A DNA stretch of 63,341 nt, the filler included, from Octopus bimaculoides (lineage: Eukaryota), in the NCBI RefSeq assembly GCF_001194135.2. It is 6 parts of 6 records of this genome, joined end to end, with 100 filler letters (N's around TTAATTAATTAA, not from the genome) between each part and the next. Parts side by side here need not be neighbours in the genome. Positions count along the whole stretch, not along the records: positions 1 to 10,396 come from NC_068983.1; positions 10,497 to 22,176 come from NC_068984.1; 4 more parts are not named here. The stretch is one strand, 5' to 3'. A model generated the notes under the pieces. That model did not search any database and was not told where the DNA came from. It was given only the letters and a program-made list of their open reading frames with translations. Shown piece after piece: positions 1 to 13,236 of this stretch; position 1 is the stretch's first letter, and each line of letters starts with the position of its first letter. The position numbers and the translations under genes are program-made.

Positions 1-232
1 TATATATATATATATATATGTATGTATATATGCATGCATTGTATATATGTATTTAAATATGTGTGTGTGTGTTTGTGTGTATATATATGTGTATATATAA
101 ATATATTTACTTTTACATATATATATATGTATAAATATATATATATATACACAAACACACACACATACACACACATACACACACACACACACATATACAT
201 ATATATATATATATATATATACATATATATTA
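1..232. repeat. Compound (TA)n/(TG)n/(CA)n microsatellite tract
   Basis: Visible dinucleotide runs; they produce the YIYI/HTHT pseudo-ORF 22-270. Confidence 0.95.
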
Positions 233-1018
233 AAATGTCTACATATTCTATGTATATCAAAATAGTTTAACGAAAAGTGAACTACCAAAAAGAATTTGTC
301 ATTCAATAAAGTTGTTATGTATATTATTTACTCAATTTTTTTTTCTCGTTTCATTTCACACCTTTTATATAACTTACGATAATTTTATATCTTAATACAT
401 TTATGCCATATTACTTCTACCCTCACAGTTCCCAGCTGCGAAAAGAAAATGATATACCTAAATACGAAGATGGGGAAAAGATAAATAAATATTTCAATAT
501 ATAGACAGATGGATGAATAAAGAAATAAATTAGACAGAAAAATGTGTATCGAAACTTTAATATATTCGAAGCAGCTGTAAATTTGCAAGAGTGACAGATG
601 TGTTCATGCTAAAATCTCTCCTCATCTCTATGCATTTCTCTCTCTTCACATTTTCAAATCACTATCGTTCTCTCCATATTTAGATTAGCGATTTATGCTT
701 ACATCAATGTTGATATTTATGGATGTTATTATACACTAGACGACTAGGAATTCATTTTACTGCCGAATATAGTCTACATTTTTCAATGCATATATGTAAA
801 TATGGATGGTTGTGTTAGTGTATCTATATATGTACAAGTATCTATAGATGTGTGTGCTTGTATGCGCATAAGTAACTATATATATGTACACACATGCCTA
901 CATGTATATACATATGTAAATACATATAAACATAAACATATGTATATACATATTCATATATATGTATATACATGTATATGCATATATATACATATACACA
1001 CACACACACACACACACA

Positions 1019-1054
<36 letters not shown>

Positions 1055-2054
1055 NNNNNNNNNNNNNNNNNNNNNNNNNNNNNNNNNNNNNNNNNNNNNN
1101 NNNNNNNNNNNNNNNNNNNNNNNNNNNNNNNNNNNNNNNNNNNNNNNNNNNNNNNNNNNNNNNNNNNNNNNNNNNNNNNNNNNNNNNNNNNNNNNNNNNN
1201 NNNNNNNNNNNNNNNNNNNNNNNNNNNNNNNNNNNNNNNNNNNNNNNNNNNNNNNNNNNNNNNNNNNNNNNNNNNNNNNNNNNNNNNNNNNNNNNNNNNN
1301 NNNNNNNNNNNNNNNNNNNNNNNNNNNNNNNNNNNNNNNNNNNNNNNNNNNNNNNNNNNNNNNNNNNNNNNNNNNNNNNNNNNNNNNNNNNNNNNNNNNN
1401 NNNNNNNNNNNNNNNNNNNNNNNNNNNNNNNNNNNNNNNNNNNNNNNNNNNNNNNNNNNNNNNNNNNNNNNNNNNNNNNNNNNNNNNNNNNNNNNNNNNN
1501 NNNNNNNNNNNNNNNNNNNNNNNNNNNNNNNNNNNNNNNNNNNNNNNNNNNNNNNNNNNNNNNNNNNNNNNNNNNNNNNNNNNNNNNNNNNNNNNNNNNN
1601 NNNNNNNNNNNNNNNNNNNNNNNNNNNNNNNNNNNNNNNNNNNNNNNNNNNNNNNNNNNNNNNNNNNNNNNNNNNNNNNNNNNNNNNNNNNNNNNNNNNN
1701 NNNNNNNNNNNNNNNNNNNNNNNNNNNNNNNNNNNNNNNNNNNNNNNNNNNNNNNNNNNNNNNNNNNNNNNNNNNNNNNNNNNNNNNNNNNNNNNNNNNN
1801 NNNNNNNNNNNNNNNNNNNNNNNNNNNNNNNNNNNNNNNNNNNNNNNNNNNNNNNNNNNNNNNNNNNNNNNNNNNNNNNNNNNNNNNNNNNNNNNNNNNN
1901 NNNNNNNNNNNNNNNNNNNNNNNNNNNNNNNNNNNNNNNNNNNNNNNNNNNNNNNNNNNNNNNNNNNNNNNNNNNNNNNNNNNNNNNNNNNNNNNNNNNN
2001 NNNNNNNNNNNNNNNNNNNNNNNNNNNNNNNNNNNNNNNNNNNNNNNNNNNNNN

Positions 2055-2400
2055 TAATCTTTCCTTTCTATCATTGTGCCATTAAAACACCAACACAGAT
2101 TAGATTAAATAAGGAAACCTTTTTCATTCAAAAATACAAACCCAAACTTAACCATTGCTAACACATTTAAATAAGGAAATTCATCACCCCACTGAGAAAA
2201 AAGGAAAAAAATATAAAACAAAACCATGATAAATTAATCAAATTCTACCACCTCCTAGATTTCGATTATCTGCCCTATACCGGAAGAAATCCCTAATTAC
2301 CTCCCCCTATCTAGAACTCTTCTTTTTCAGACTGAAGCGAACACGTTACAATGAAGTAGAGAAATTTGAAAAGACAACACGAAACCGGTTATTTCTCAAA
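2055..2400 (+). mobile_element. Penelope-like element 3' end (GIY-YIG C-terminus plus pLTR remnant)
   Basis: 2057-2161 reads IFPFYHCAIKTPTQIRLNKETFFIQKYKPKLNHC*, matching the FPFY...R..KE..FI.K..P.LN tail of PLE endonucleases and the copy at 31726-32127. Decayed hammerhead halves follow (CTGAAGCG 2332, GAAACCGGTT 2381). The 5' part is lost in the gap. Confidence 0.75.
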
Positions 2401-5119
2401 ATACAATGTTTATATACCAAAAAGATTTTATAACATTTTTCTATTTAAATCCACTGTACAGTTTTAAATTGACGTTAGACTTTAGTTGTCATATGACAAA
2501 ACTATTTGTGGGAAGGTTAACTGAAAATGAATTAATAGTTTTTAAGATATTTTCGTTAAAGATTGAGTTTGTACACCATTATTGCTCATAGATACATAAA
2601 CCTTCCCACATATACTTATCATAAACTGAGAATTATCAATAAAATGTTCGTTAGTAGAAATGCTGTCATCGCTACCGGATTCTATAAAATAAATGTGAAA
2701 TATTAATAAATATTTTTAAATGTAATACATATTTTCGTGCTTGTTTTGTTGAAGCAATTGTTTCGTCTCAGATTATTTGTTAAAAATATCAATTGTATTA
2801 AATTGTCGTCTTCTAAGTTGTACAACCAAAAGACTAACACTTTCGACAATGTTGATCACAGAATCTCCTGAAAGAAACTATCCCCCATTGGATTGCTAGT
2901 GAGACATGGAAACTGAAAGAAGCTCGCCGTACATGCACACCGGCGCCTATATTGAAATATTTAAGAAATGGTTTCGGATTCCAGTAAGATGAACTTTAAT
3001 TGTAGTACTCAATACTCAGTTCCATTCCTTCTGCCCACAGTAGCATTAATATAACTGTATACGCTGTCTCCAACCATCCATCAAAATTGATGCGTCTGAC
3101 AACGCAAATGAAATATTTTATAATATGGATCTTTTCAGTTTGTGTGTGTGAGTGTGTGTGTGTGTGCGTGTGTGCACGCGCGCGCATGTATGTATGTTAT
3201 GTATGTATGTATGTATGTATGTATGTATGCGCCTGCATGTATATATATGAACGCAAACATATAGCGGTGTGTCGTTTGAATCAACGAATCCTACATTGCA
3301 ATTGCTAATACTAGGTAACCAACTACCCACGTAGCAACTCCAAAAACTTTGAGTCAAGGACAACAGTGCGATTATTCACGCTTACACTGTTCATGTGTTG
3401 TATGGTATTACGTGCTTTATAGGTAGTTTTTTTGTTATTAAGTAAAGGATAAGAACAAACATAATGGTATTATTATTATTATGTGTTTAATATGTATTTT
3501 TTAAAGTAAGAAATAAGAACAAACATACAGAAATTACTATGAGAGTTGAAATAAGCCACTTTTCGTTACTCCATCATGACTCTTTATTTCAAGAGTGAAG
3601 TGATTAAAAGGCAATAATATGCACCGTAAGTAATTTCCTGTTATTCATTCCGCCTTGCTTATTGACGCCACATTGTATGAAAAAAGAAATAATAACGAAT
3701 GATACTAACAAAACAACAACAGTCGAAAAAGAAAAAAAGAAAAAAAGAAACGAAAAATACCCTTAGCCGTTCCAGCTCTTTTATTTATTGTAGAATAGCT
3801 GAATAATATTTCCAGTTAAGATTGTTTTTATTACCTTTTTGTTATTTGTATCACTGCCATAAAGAATACAACCGTAAACGGAAATTAACTAGATCGCGTT
3901 TGTCATTAAATATATTAATGTTTATCAGAAAAGTTTCGAGATAATATTAATTTCTTTCATGAAATCAAGGCTTCCCTCTCCATCGCCAGCAGGTCGAACA
4001 GAAGAACTATTGTTAAAAATATTCGCACATTTCACACTCTAAAACTTAGGTGTGATCTGAAAAAGAGCAAAATACGCTTCAATCGGGAATTGTGAATCGA
4101 AACTGGAAATTATTTCAGCTCTACGACTGTCATTTCAGACGCGTGGCTTCTTATTCATGTACATAAAGATGCATATTTTTGGTTAGATTAATTGTAAATG
4201 GGAAGTTGTCATATTTATACATTTCAAAAGGGCATCAGTGGTGCTTACATCTCTTATTTGAACACTCATGAAGGAGAGTACCAAATAATGATTTCCTGTA
4301 TAGGAAATTTCGCCAACCTCAATATTATATTAGTGGGTTTGAATGCGAAATCATATCAATGTAAGTGCCTCAATCTGTTATTTTCTTCAATTTCATCGCG
4401 TTAAACAATGAAAATGTTGTTTTCCATCCCTAGGCATAATGAAAATTACTGTCGATTACTGTCTTGTCGTCTTGTAGTTGTACTTCATTTTATCGATCTC
4501 AGAGGGACGGAAAGCACCATTCCACTTATCTGCATTGAAACAAATAACTGAAATGAACGTAACTAAATTAAACAAAGAAAGTTGTTGCTATAACGATTTT
4601 GTTAATTCACGGCACGGAGATACGTAAAAAATAAAATGTAGAAGATACATAACTACAAAATATATATGAAACAATGGAGCACAATCACTGAAGAAATTCA
4701 CCTGGTCTGGCAGGATTCGAACTTAGCGAGTTGTATAACAAAATTACATTCTGTATAGATATTTGATTGTTCTACATTAAGTTTCTTCGAAAAACAACTC
4801 ATACCAATAGGAAACAACAACGGCAGTACCTAGAATTGCAGAACACAGAATTTGAACAAAACTGCAGGAAAAGCAGCAGCAGTAGTAACAATGATAGAGT
4901 ATTGCAGTTGTGTGTTTGTATTTAATAAAATATAGACGATTCAATTTAGAAACATATAATCAATTTATTTATATTGCATTTCTTGGAAGTATTTGAGACA
5001 AATTCCCGATGTAATCTTAGAAACGAAAAGAAGAGAAAAAACAAACAAACAAAGAATACAACAAATAGTCCCAAATAACGAATGTGTGGGTGTGTACGAG
5101 TGTGTGTGTGTGTGTGTGC

Positions 5120-5171
<52 letters not shown>

Positions 5172-5769
5172 AGCAGAGAATGGATGAGAGTGAAATTTGA
5201 AAACGAATTTGAACAGTGTTATCGTCGATGAAGGAGAAAATATTACTTGAACACGGAAAGGGAGTGGAGATGCCAAACGATTTTTTAAGCTAATCAAAGA
5301 TAATATAGGCCAATTTTGTTGCAAAACTAAGCATATGGCATGTTATATTTGATTAAACTAGCTTTGTAACTATCACGTGAGTAGTTTAAATAGAAATTGC
5401 TATCAGCTACGAATTTTGTTTTCAGTAGTTATTCCCACCAATAAAATCAAAGACGAAAAGACACCTCCTTCAGAATTAGTTAAATACGGTGTAAGGTTGA
5501 AAGATAGATCTGCTGCCTTAAGTGAATAAATACACGAGTAAGCAATCACAAACACAATATGTATACATGTACATACATGCAATCATGCAATATATACATA
5601 CAATATATGTATGCATGCAATACATACACACATACATTATATATATGTATGTATATGTATGCGTGTGTGTATGTGTGTATGCAAAATGGGTTGAAACGAT
5701 CGTTGTGAGTAATGAAGTTTCTGATATATTCCATTTTCCGTCTGTATCATTTGTAATATATATATATAC

Positions 5770-5885
5770 ACGCTTGACTGCGTGGTAAGCCGCTTGCATC
5801 TCGACTACATAGTTCCGGGTTCAGTCACACTGCGTAGTACGTTGGGTGCCTTGTACTGTAGACTCGGGCAAGTTTTGTGATCAAT
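5770..5885 (+). mobile_element. tRNA-derived SINE family A, head fragment
   Basis: GACTGCGTGGTAAG...GTTCCGGGTTCAGTCACACTGCGT matches the head of the full copy at 16911-17333. Confidence 0.7.
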
Positions 5886-6986
5886 ATTATGCCAACACTT
5901 CCCATCAATTTTGTATTGGTCGTATATTAGGCCTGTACTAAGGAGTCTATCTTTAATTTAATTCAGCAGGATGTGATTTGAGGGAAATTCAACTACCGTC
6001 ACTAGGAAGTCGACTGGACAGTTAAAAGCTCATTCAAAGTATTCAAATATTGATGTCGATTTTCATGTTTCTATGTGTCTGTAAGTATGTCTGTGTACGC
6101 TAGTGCAGATGTAAGAGAGACAGACAGAAGGAAAGAAAGATTAAGAGAAAGAAGGAGAGAGAGAAAGGGGCGAAAGAGAGACAGATAAGTAAAAGGATTG
6201 AAAGAAGAGAAAGATAGAGCGGCAGAATGAGAAGCCATCGCCTGCTTATATCCGTATTCAAGACTAGGTAGATACGTTGGTTGGTGAACGGAATTGCATC
6301 AGAATACCAAAATGAAGAAGATACAAATATCTGTTGTGATTCTACAGAACTATCTGAACAAGATTATATCGGAGATTAACAATACTACAGATGAAATATA
6401 TCAGATCACGAATGACTGGCTATTTTCAGACCAATGGATTGTCAAGAATTAGTGTTGAGTTAGGAAGATAGCGGAAGTATGCGGAGAATTTCTGCACCGA
6501 ATAATAAACGGAAATTAAATAAAATATATAGACTAGAACAAGGTACACAATGAAGACTAGACCAGGGCTAAATATACCGCACCAAATCAAAATATAGGAA
6601 GGTTATTAGCACTCGTTCCCACCACCTCCGTGCCTATGCGACAGTGTACCCACACACTCACAAGTTCACTTAAACATATGTCGATGAATGTACGCGTGCG
6701 CGTTCTCATATCTAAACACATATGTACCCGCGTATAAATATACGTACATGTATGATAGTAAAAGTCTATGCAAGTGTGAGTCTACATATATACGGGTGTG
6801 TGTGTATGTGTATTATACATACGTGTATTTATATTCATATGTGTGTCTTAGTAAGAAACAGTGCATATGCATGCAGAGGCTCGCACACAAATGCGCGCGC
6901 ACGCTCTCATAGCTGTGCGTACATACATACATGCATATGTAAGTACACGTATACAGTATGATGCACATATATACATACATACATAC

Positions 6987-7023
<37 letters not shown>

Positions 7024-8029
7024 TATATATATNNNNNNNNNNNNNNNNNNNNNNNNNNNNNNNNNNNNNNNNNNNNNNNNNNNNNNNNNNNNNNNNNNNN
7101 NNNNNNNNNNNNNNNNNNNNNNNNNNNNNNNNNNNNNNNNNNNNNNNNNNNNNNNNNNNNNNNNNNNNNNNNNNNNNNNNNNNNNNNNNNNNNNNNNNNN
7201 NNNNNNNNNNNNNNNNNNNNNNNNNNNNNNNNNNNNNNNNNNNNNNNNNNNNNNNNNNNNNNNNNNNNNNNNNNNNNNNNGTATGTGTGTGTGTGTGTGT
7301 GTATGTGTGTGTGTATGTGTGTGTTTGTGTGTTTGTGTATATATATGTGTGTGTATGTGGGTGTGAGTGTAAGCATGCTCGTCTAGACATATGTCTTTGT
7401 CTGAAATGGACAGAATGATAGAGATACAGAGGGACGGGAAAGAGAAGTGTATATACATATACATGAAGAAAGTGACAGAGAGGGGCGGGGAGAGAAGAAA
7501 ATAGAAAGAGAAAGTGCGATATATATATATATACAGAGGGAGAGAGGAGGAGAGGGAGAGAGAGATACGAAGGAAATTGTGCATGTGCATGTGTATGTGT
7601 ATGTATGAGCGAATTCTACACCAAAGTGTGCTAAGATGAAAATGGAGTAAAGTATGAAATAGTCATTGTTGGGTTCTGTTGCTCTAGGACCATATCACTT
7701 TCTATTAACATTAGATCAATTAACATATAGATTCCATATTCTATTGCTAGACGACGATAACTCAATTGATGTATATATATATATGTTCATGTATCTAACT
7801 ATTTAGAGTAAAGCACAAGCAAGCAATCTACTTCGTTGTCTGACACAGAAACTGATGCGCACAAAGTATCTCTCTCTCTCTCTCTCTCTCTCTATTTGTA
7901 GATACGCGCACGCACACACACATACACAGATGGGTAAACTATCGCCACTTTATATTTTAAATTTTCCTCATGCACATTGTTCGTTTTTGATTTTGTTGAC
8001 TACACAGTATAGTAGAGTCAGTTGGGCAC

Positions 8030-8365
8030 ATCTGTGAGAAAATCAGCACCATGACGCAATTCACTCTGCCAGAACTTTGAGAATGATATGCTGCACTGCT
8101 TGGCGTTGTAGCAGGAAGCTCCAATACGAGCATTTCAGAGTGTTTGGGTGTTAATCTGAGGACACTTCAACCTGTGCACATGTACCGAGTGTGATAAAAA
8201 TCAAACCTCCAGTCAACATCATCATGTTTGGAGTGATCACTAGTGTTGGCAACGTTATGCCTCATTTCATCTTCCTACACGGCCTCAGATTCAACAAGGA
8301 CGCCTACATCAAGTGCTTGGAGGAGGTAGTGCTGTCTTGGGTCAAGTGGGTGGTTGCTGGATGAC
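8030..8365 (+). mobile_element. Tc1/mariner-superfamily (maT/DD37D-like) transposase fragment, internally deleted
   Basis: Reads ..KIKPPVNIIMFGVITSVGNVMPHFIFLHGLRFNKDAYIKCLEEVVLSWVKWVVAG*, matching the region just before the second catalytic Asp (MVFGVI..DG..MPP.IF....N...YI..LE.VV.PW). A short N-terminal piece starts at ATG 8051. Confidence 0.7.
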
Positions 8366-9580
8366 ACATATCCTAATATTATAATGCGTATAGTATTTCA
8401 TATAGTTGTCCAAAATCACGGAGATGGAGGAGGGGAAAGTGTAGTATAAGTGAAGGGGGTGGGGAGAGAAATAGTAATTCAGTAAAGGTGATGTAGTGAG
8501 AGCAATAGCCCTGACTGAGAGAGAGTGAAAGAAAGTAATAGCAATGAGAGAGAGGAAATGATCAAGAGCGCATCATGTATCTTCTGTTTTTCTTCGTCAT
8601 AACATATGAATGAGAAAGGAAGGGTTGATAGATGAATAACGAAAGAAGGGGGGAAACAAATCAGCGGTTCAACTCTGTATGAGTGTGTGCGTGTGTAAAA
8701 GGGAGCTATGTGAATGTTTGTGCGTGTGGTTGTGTGTGTCAGTGCATTTGTGTGTGAGTGCTTGTGTGTGTGTATGTGTGTGCATGTACAAGGGAAGTAT
8801 GTCAATGTTTGTATCTCTAATTATTATGTACCATATTTTGTACCATCTCTCTCTCTCTCTCTCTCTNNNNNNNNNNNNNNNNNNNNNNNNNNNNNNNNNN
8901 NNNNNNNNNNNNNNNNNNNNNNNNNNNNNNNNNNNNNNNNNNNNNNNNNNNNNNNNNNNNNNNNNNNNNNNNNNNNNNNNNNNNNNNNNNNNNNNNNNNN
9001 NNNNNNNNNNNNNNNNNNNNNNNNNNNNNNNNNNNNNNNNNNNNNNNNNNNNNNNNNNNNNNNNNNNNNNNNNNNNNNNNNNNNNNNNNNNNNNNNNNNN
9101 NNNNNNNNNNNNNNNNNNNNNNNNNNNNNNNNNNNNNNNNNNNNNNNNNNNNNNNNNNNNNNNNNNNNNNNNNNNNNNNNNNNNNNNNNNNNNNNNNNNN
9201 NNNNNNNNNNNNNNNNNNNNNNNNNNNNNNNNNNNNNNNNNNNNNNNNNNNNNNNNNNNNNNNNNNNNNNNNNNNNNNNNNNNNNNNNNNNNNNNNNNNN
9301 NNNNNNNNNNNNNNNNNNNNNNNNNNNNNNNNNNNNNNNNNNNNNNNNNNNNNNNNNNNNNNNNNNNNNNNNNNNNNNNNNNNNNNNNNNNNNNNNNNNN
9401 NNNNNNNNNNNNNNNNNNNNNNNNNNNNNNNNNNNNNNNNNNNNNNNNNNNNNNNNNNNNNNNNNNNNNNNNNNNNNNNNNNNNNNNNNNNNNNNNNNNN
9501 NNNNNNNNNNNNNNNNNNNNNNNNNNNNNNNNNNNNNNNNNNNNNNNNNNNNATATATATCCATGCATACATAAATATGT

Positions 9581-9620
<40 letters not shown>

Positions 9621-10045
9621 AGTAATACATGCAAACATTTTAGATACTTAAACATAAACTTCTCCACCATTTATAAAATACAACACTTTAAATAAAATCA
9701 TGCTTATTTCAATCAAATATTGTAGGACATCAATAGTGGGAAAAATTCTTCGCAAACATTATATGTAATTCAATAAAAAATATTATCAATCTCTCCCGAA
9801 TTAGATACTTACAGGTACTTTTTCTATTATTTTTTAAACTGTTTTATTTTTATCTCTGCTAAGTAATTACTTACTTAGCGATGCAAAATAAACATCGCCA
9901 CTCCCATACACACGCACGAGTACATACGATTTATACATTAATATCTAAAATACATGTAAATTCACGATTAGAGTCGATAGCAACGTTAATAGTCTTTCCT
10001 AGCTTGGCTATAACGACTAACCTTTCACACACAATTTATATATAG

Positions 10046-10396
10046 AAAAATATGAGGCAATCCAACGAAGTTACACGAAGAAGATAGCCTCTATGCAGCA
10101 TATAAGCTATTGGGAAAGACTCAAGAGATTAAGACTCTATTCCTTAGAGCGTAGACGAGAAAGATATGCCATAATATACAGCTGGAAGATCCTCGAAGGA
10201 ATTGTCCCAAACTTTGGCATCGAAAGTTACACAAATAAAAGAACTGGACGCCATTGCATAGTGCCAAGGACTCCAAATTTGCCATCAAGATGTAGGACAA
10301 GATACTGCAATAGCCTGGGCTTTAAAGGTCCACAGCTCTTCAATATCCTCCCGAAGGACCTGAGAGACCTGTATGCGGTGGATGTAGGTGTCTTCA
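10046..10396 (+). mobile_element. CR1/L2/jockey-group LINE, RT C-terminal fragment
   Basis: EAIQRSYTKKI...SYWERLKRLRLYSLERRRERYAIIYSWKILEG...GPQLFNILP, the typical Y.ERL..L.L.SLE.RR motif. Truncated by a gap. Confidence 0.85.
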
Positions 10397-10496
10397 NNNN
10401 NNNNNNNNNNNNNNNNNNNNNNNNNNNNNNNNNNNNNNNNTTAATTAATTAANNNNNNNNNNNNNNNNNNNNNNNNNNNNNNNNNNNNNNNNNNNN
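10397..10496. other. Assembly gap of unknown size: 44 N + TTAATTAATTAA + 44 N
   Basis: The same linker occurs at 10441, 22221, 51973, 54340 and 60889, each inside an N-run. It has stop codons in all six frames and is artificial. Confidence 0.95.
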
Positions 10497-10555
<59 letters not shown>

Positions 10556-11209
10556 GTATATGTGTGTGTGTACATACATGTATTTACTTGTATGTATGTA
10601 TGATTGTATGTAGTATGTATAAAGTTTTGACATGAAATATAGTTGCTGCAAACAACATCACAAATATTCCACCACAACACGTAGAAGTTATACAAGTACA
10701 AACGGACACATACATATACATTTTGCTTTCGACTGTTGTTCATATACAGATATAATAAAAAGAAAAGAAGACAATCTTGCTAGAGCTATGAAGTAAAGCA
10801 AGTATCAATAGATTATGTATATTGCATACTTAACGTTAGAATAATTATTATATTAATTTAATAAACATAGGCCAAAGAGAAGTTGCTTTCGCAGATATAT
10901 AAATTTATGATATTCATGATCTGCGTCTAGAAAATTTTCCATAGTAGTATTTCACAGAACCAAAATTTGCCAGTATATTACTTCTTAAATAGATTTCTAA
11001 TATAGTCAGTTTTATTCGTTCTGTTACGGGTGTGTAACTAAGAAGCTCACTACATGGTTTCGTTTCAGTGTAGTTGCGTAGTACCAAGGCCAAGTATTTT
11101 GTTTCATACAGCTGAAAAAAAATTTGTGACAGAAACTACCTGGTCAACCCATGTATGGCAACTGCAGATTCTACTTAACGTATTCTGCAGCCATACGACT
11201 GGCTGCATC

Positions 11210-11210
<1 letters not shown>

Positions 11211-11240
<30 letters not shown>

Positions 11241-11272
11241 CTTCTTCTTCTTCTTCTTCTTCTTCTTCTTCT
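11211..11272. repeat. (CTT)n microsatellite
   Basis: About 20 perfect CTT units. Confidence 0.95.
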
Positions 11273-11891
11273 CCCTTATCCTTCCTCCCCCGTGGGTATT
11301 GCTTTTCCTTTACTGATTTAGCAATGAAAAGTTAATGAAGGACACCCGAACATTGGGGAATTAATTGCTTAAGTAATTAATACAAATGAGAAACGAAGTT
11401 GAGACTACACGCAGAACGAGAGAACAAATGTGGTTGCTGGAGTTGCTAGAAATAATAGCCGGTTTACATTCAATTCACGCACTACCATCTTAATCAAAAA
11501 TGAATGGTAAGATGTATTGGATAATGTAGCTCTAGAGTCATATGTCTCAAAGAAGATTGTGTACATTTGATCAGAAGAATGCTCGATCAGAACTGGCATG
11601 GAGCGAATCAACAAGCAAACCGGGTTCAAACCCTCGATTCATCCGGTGTTCTTGCGGAGAGTAATCACCGAGAGTATTCATCGAGAGTACTCACCAGATA
11701 ATGGATCCTCTTGCTATCTAGTGTATGGATTGTTAAGCCATGTATCAGAAGCGGGATATTGAAATAATGGTAATGCATAGACATATTTAAATAAAAAAAT
11801 TTTAAATCTGAAGTATAAAAAATATAAATACTTGAATACTACGTGTAATGCATACAGATACACATACAAAGAGGTTTTTTATATATATACA

Positions 11892-11924
<33 letters not shown>

Positions 11925-11959
11925 GTGTGTGTGAATATATGCATACATACATATACACA

Positions 11960-13120
11960 AATATTTATACGCTAATGCGAATATAGTGTAATTATCTTGC
12001 ATAGACTTAAGTAACTGAAAAATATCAATTAAAGAACAAGAAAAATAACAATTTATAAGGGATAAGAGGTTAATAAGTAAGGATATCAAAATACGAAAAC
12101 AAAATAATAAGAATTTATGGAAAATAATAAGAAAATATATATAACCCACATATAAATTGACAGGAGATTAAAATTAGAGGCAGGGAAACGATAAAGGTAA
12201 GCTGGAAAGAGGGGTAATAGGTATGGAAGTAGTGAGGGCAGTTACAGGTATTCAAACCGAAGAGGATTTATAAGTTGTAATATTACAGGTGTTATTGTAT
12301 GTATGATTTTATAGTTTCTAGGGGGTATATGATTTAGTCAAAGAGAGACTTACTTTCATAAAGTCACTACAAATATACATAATATGACTAGTAGGGTGGA
12401 ACATCATAGAAAGGAAAATAGTGTAATCATCATAATAGGATGAAGTCAGACTAACTAGGCAAAGGTTATCATGGGATAACAGTATATATAGCGCACTATA
12501 TAACAAAACACATAGCATATAACGTATAATGTAATACAATCCACCATATAACATAATATCCCATATTTTTTATATTTTCTACTGGATGATAAGTCTATAA
12601 TGGATACGACACCAAGATTAATTCCCGCTATCAAAGGTCAAGTATGATAACTATAATTGTTAGTTTCGAAAAGACTTAAATGTGCGGGTGATACTATGCA
12701 TATATGATACCCTGAGGTCTAATCTGTTATTGATCAGGTTGTTCTTGACTCTATACTTAAGAATCTCATAAATTTCCATAGAGCAATTCTCGCACTCATA
12801 AGGACTATCTCTATAAGGCTGCGCTCTCCGTATTATATCCGATTTAAGGCTAAATCCGGTCCCGCTATCTTTAAGTTCTCAAATCTTACTAGATACAGAC
12901 GTATTATTAGCTTTATGTCTGAATCTTAATGATGTAAAATGATTATAAATACGCTTTTTTTTCATATTTATCGAACATCTTATATATATAAATTTACCAG
13001 CTTCAGTCACAATTTTACATTTATAAACTACGTTTTGAATTAAACATCGACCTAATCACGGACAATGAGGCTTAACTCTACAATTGCAACCAGACGGGAA
13101 AATTATTATTATTATTATTA

Positions 13121-13176
<56 letters not shown>

Positions 13177-13201
13177 GTTGTTGTTGTTGTTGTTGTGGTT
13201 G

Positions 13202-13236
<35 letters not shown>

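Noticed and set aside
414-504. Acceptor-like TTCTACCCTCACAG followed by SQLRKENDIPKYEDGEKINKYFNI*
   Set aside because: It could be a terminal exon, but it is short, has no recognisable homology and no partner exon is visible.
802-2161. Long ORFs of 200-430 aa in the track here and at 6848-7590, 8669-9695, 19534-20089, 31086-31826, 45678-46541, 57203-58027 and 59475-60621
   Set aside because: They are read-through of N-gaps plus dinucleotide repeats (YIYI, HTHT, VCVC) and are not genes.
6290-6400. Acidic peptide NGIASEYQNEEDTNICCDSTELSEQDYIGD resembling a piggyBac N-terminus
   Set aside because: The similarity is compositional only; no TTAA/TIR or catalytic motifs were found.
10441-10452. 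TTAATTAATTAA recurring five times, superficially like a regularly placed motif or repeat array
   Set aside because: It is always centred in a 44N+12+44N block, so it is an assembly linker and not biology. Order and distance across these gaps are therefore uncertain.
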